This document shows positions 63,142-64,000 of a DNA stretch of 64,000 nt, piece after piece (position 1 is the first letter of the stretch; every line of letters starts with the position of its first letter). The notes under the pieces were generated by a model. It ran no database searches. It saw only the letters and a list, made by a program, of their open reading frames with translations, and was not told where the DNA came from. Where the stretch lies: contig CAVVKJ010000010.1 in the NCBI GenBank assembly GCA_963748815.1, forward strand, positions 736,001 to 800,000, in the 5' to 3' direction. This stretch comes from an uncultured Gemmatimonadales bacterium. Lineage in GTDB: Bacteria > Gemmatimonadota > Gemmatimonadetes > Gemmatimonadales > GWC2-71-9. The position numbers and the translations under genes were made by a program.

Positions 63142-63603
63142 ATGCCCTCGACACGACTGCTTCCGCTCCTGGTCCTTGGGACGGCGCTCGTCGCCGCCCC
63201 GGCGGCGCTCCGCGCACAGACGGTCGTCGGCATCCAGGACCTGAGTTTCGGCACGGTCATTCCCGGCGTCCCGACGACCATCCTCCAGACGGACGCGGTG
63301 CGGGCAGGCCAGTTCCGGATCAGCGGGGTGTTCATCCGGAACGTGACGATCACGTTCACCCTGCCGACCGTGATGACGCGCATTGGCGCGCCGGCGGCGA
63401 CGATGCCGATCACGTTCCTGAACAACAGCGCGGGGTACACCACGGTGTTCCAGGCCAATACACCGTTCAACCCGAACACGCCGTACAACGAGACCGTCGT
63501 CTTCAACGCGACGATCACCCTCGGCGGGCGGGTGACACCCGCGCCGACGCAGCTCGGCGGCAACTACACCGCCAACATCGTCATGACCGTCATCTTCCTC
63601 TGA
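63142..63603 (+). CDS. Second pilin-like paralog
   Basis: Signal peptide, DLSFGTVIPG, GGRVTP..GNYTANIVMTVIF; alternative GTG start at 63079. Confidence 0.7.
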   Translation: MPSTRLLPLLVLGTALVAAPAALRAQTVVGIQDLSFGTVIPGVPTTILQTDAVRAGQFRISGVFIRNVTITFTLPTVMTRIGAPAATMPITFLNNSAGYTTVFQANTPFNPNTPYNETVVFNATITLGGRVTPAPTQLGGNYTANIVMTVIFL

Positions 63604-63616
63604 GCACGACAGGCCG

Positions 63617-64000
63617 ATGAATCATACCGGACGCTTGCTGGTCGCCCTCCTGACGCTGACGCCCGCCGCCGCCATGGCGCAGGGCGTCATCGTGGCCCCG
63701 CACGCCGTATTCATCGACCACGCCACCCGGGCCGGCTCCATCACCCTGTACAACCCCGGCGACGAGCCGGTCGAGGTGGGCATTTCCTTCGGCTTCGGCT
63801 ATCCGACCACCGATTCCGCGGGTTCCGTCGGGCCTCGAGCTGATGGACGAGGCCCCCGCCGGGGAGCCGGCGGCCACGCCCTGGTTGCAGGCGTTTCCGC
63901 GGCGGGTCACCGTGGGCAAGCAGCAGCGGCAGACCATTCGCCTCCTGGGAACGCCGCCCGCCGACCTGCCCAACGGGGAGTACTGGGCCCGATTGATCGT
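63617..64000 (+). CDS. Fimbrial chaperone-like protein (partial; +1 indel near 63833)
   Basis: VAPHAVFID, ITLYNP; then WLQAFPRRVTV..QTIRL..GEYWARL in a shifted frame. Confidence 0.65.
   Translation, partial: MNHTGRLLVALLTLTPAAAMAQGVIVAPHAVFIDHATRAGSITLYNPGDEPVEVGISFGFGYPTTDSAGSVGPRADGRGPRRGAGGHALVAGVSAAGHRGQAAAADHSPPGNAARRPAQRGVLGPIDR

Overview
A very GC-rich bacterial chromosomal segment; gene content and order suggest Gemmatimonadota (inference). It holds about 57 densely packed CDS. Housekeeping blocks: sigma factor-yajQ-spoIID, larE/arfB, comM, bshB1-cysteine desulfurase-mnmA, ppk1, and ffs-dnaX-ybaB-recR-mglB-mglA-pgsA-cinA-grpE-dnaJ. Transport: a TetR-controlled RND pump, a TolC/MFP/ABC pump with four permeases, and a PadR-ADOP permease pair. 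No IS element, prophage, CRISPR array, tRNA or rRNA was seen. Many single-base indels (densest at 37.6-42.1 kb) look like sequencing errors. Most interesting signals: (1) an unannotated ~190-nt structured RNA upstream of an SRP RNA that lacks the GNRA tetraloop; (2) a Cys/His-rich, Pro-Pro-ending leader ORF and an AUG-occluding hairpin ahead of a His-motif TonB receptor and His-rich lipoprotein, resembling CruR/CutF-type metal-responsive translational control; (3) a Tat-exported CHCGC protein followed by three DUF2911 paralogs sharing an FHTxHP motif; (4) pervasive leaderless promoters, several with G4-capable 8-mer repeat arrays directly upstream; (5) a sigma-54-type promoter ahead of a chaperone-usher-like fibre operon.
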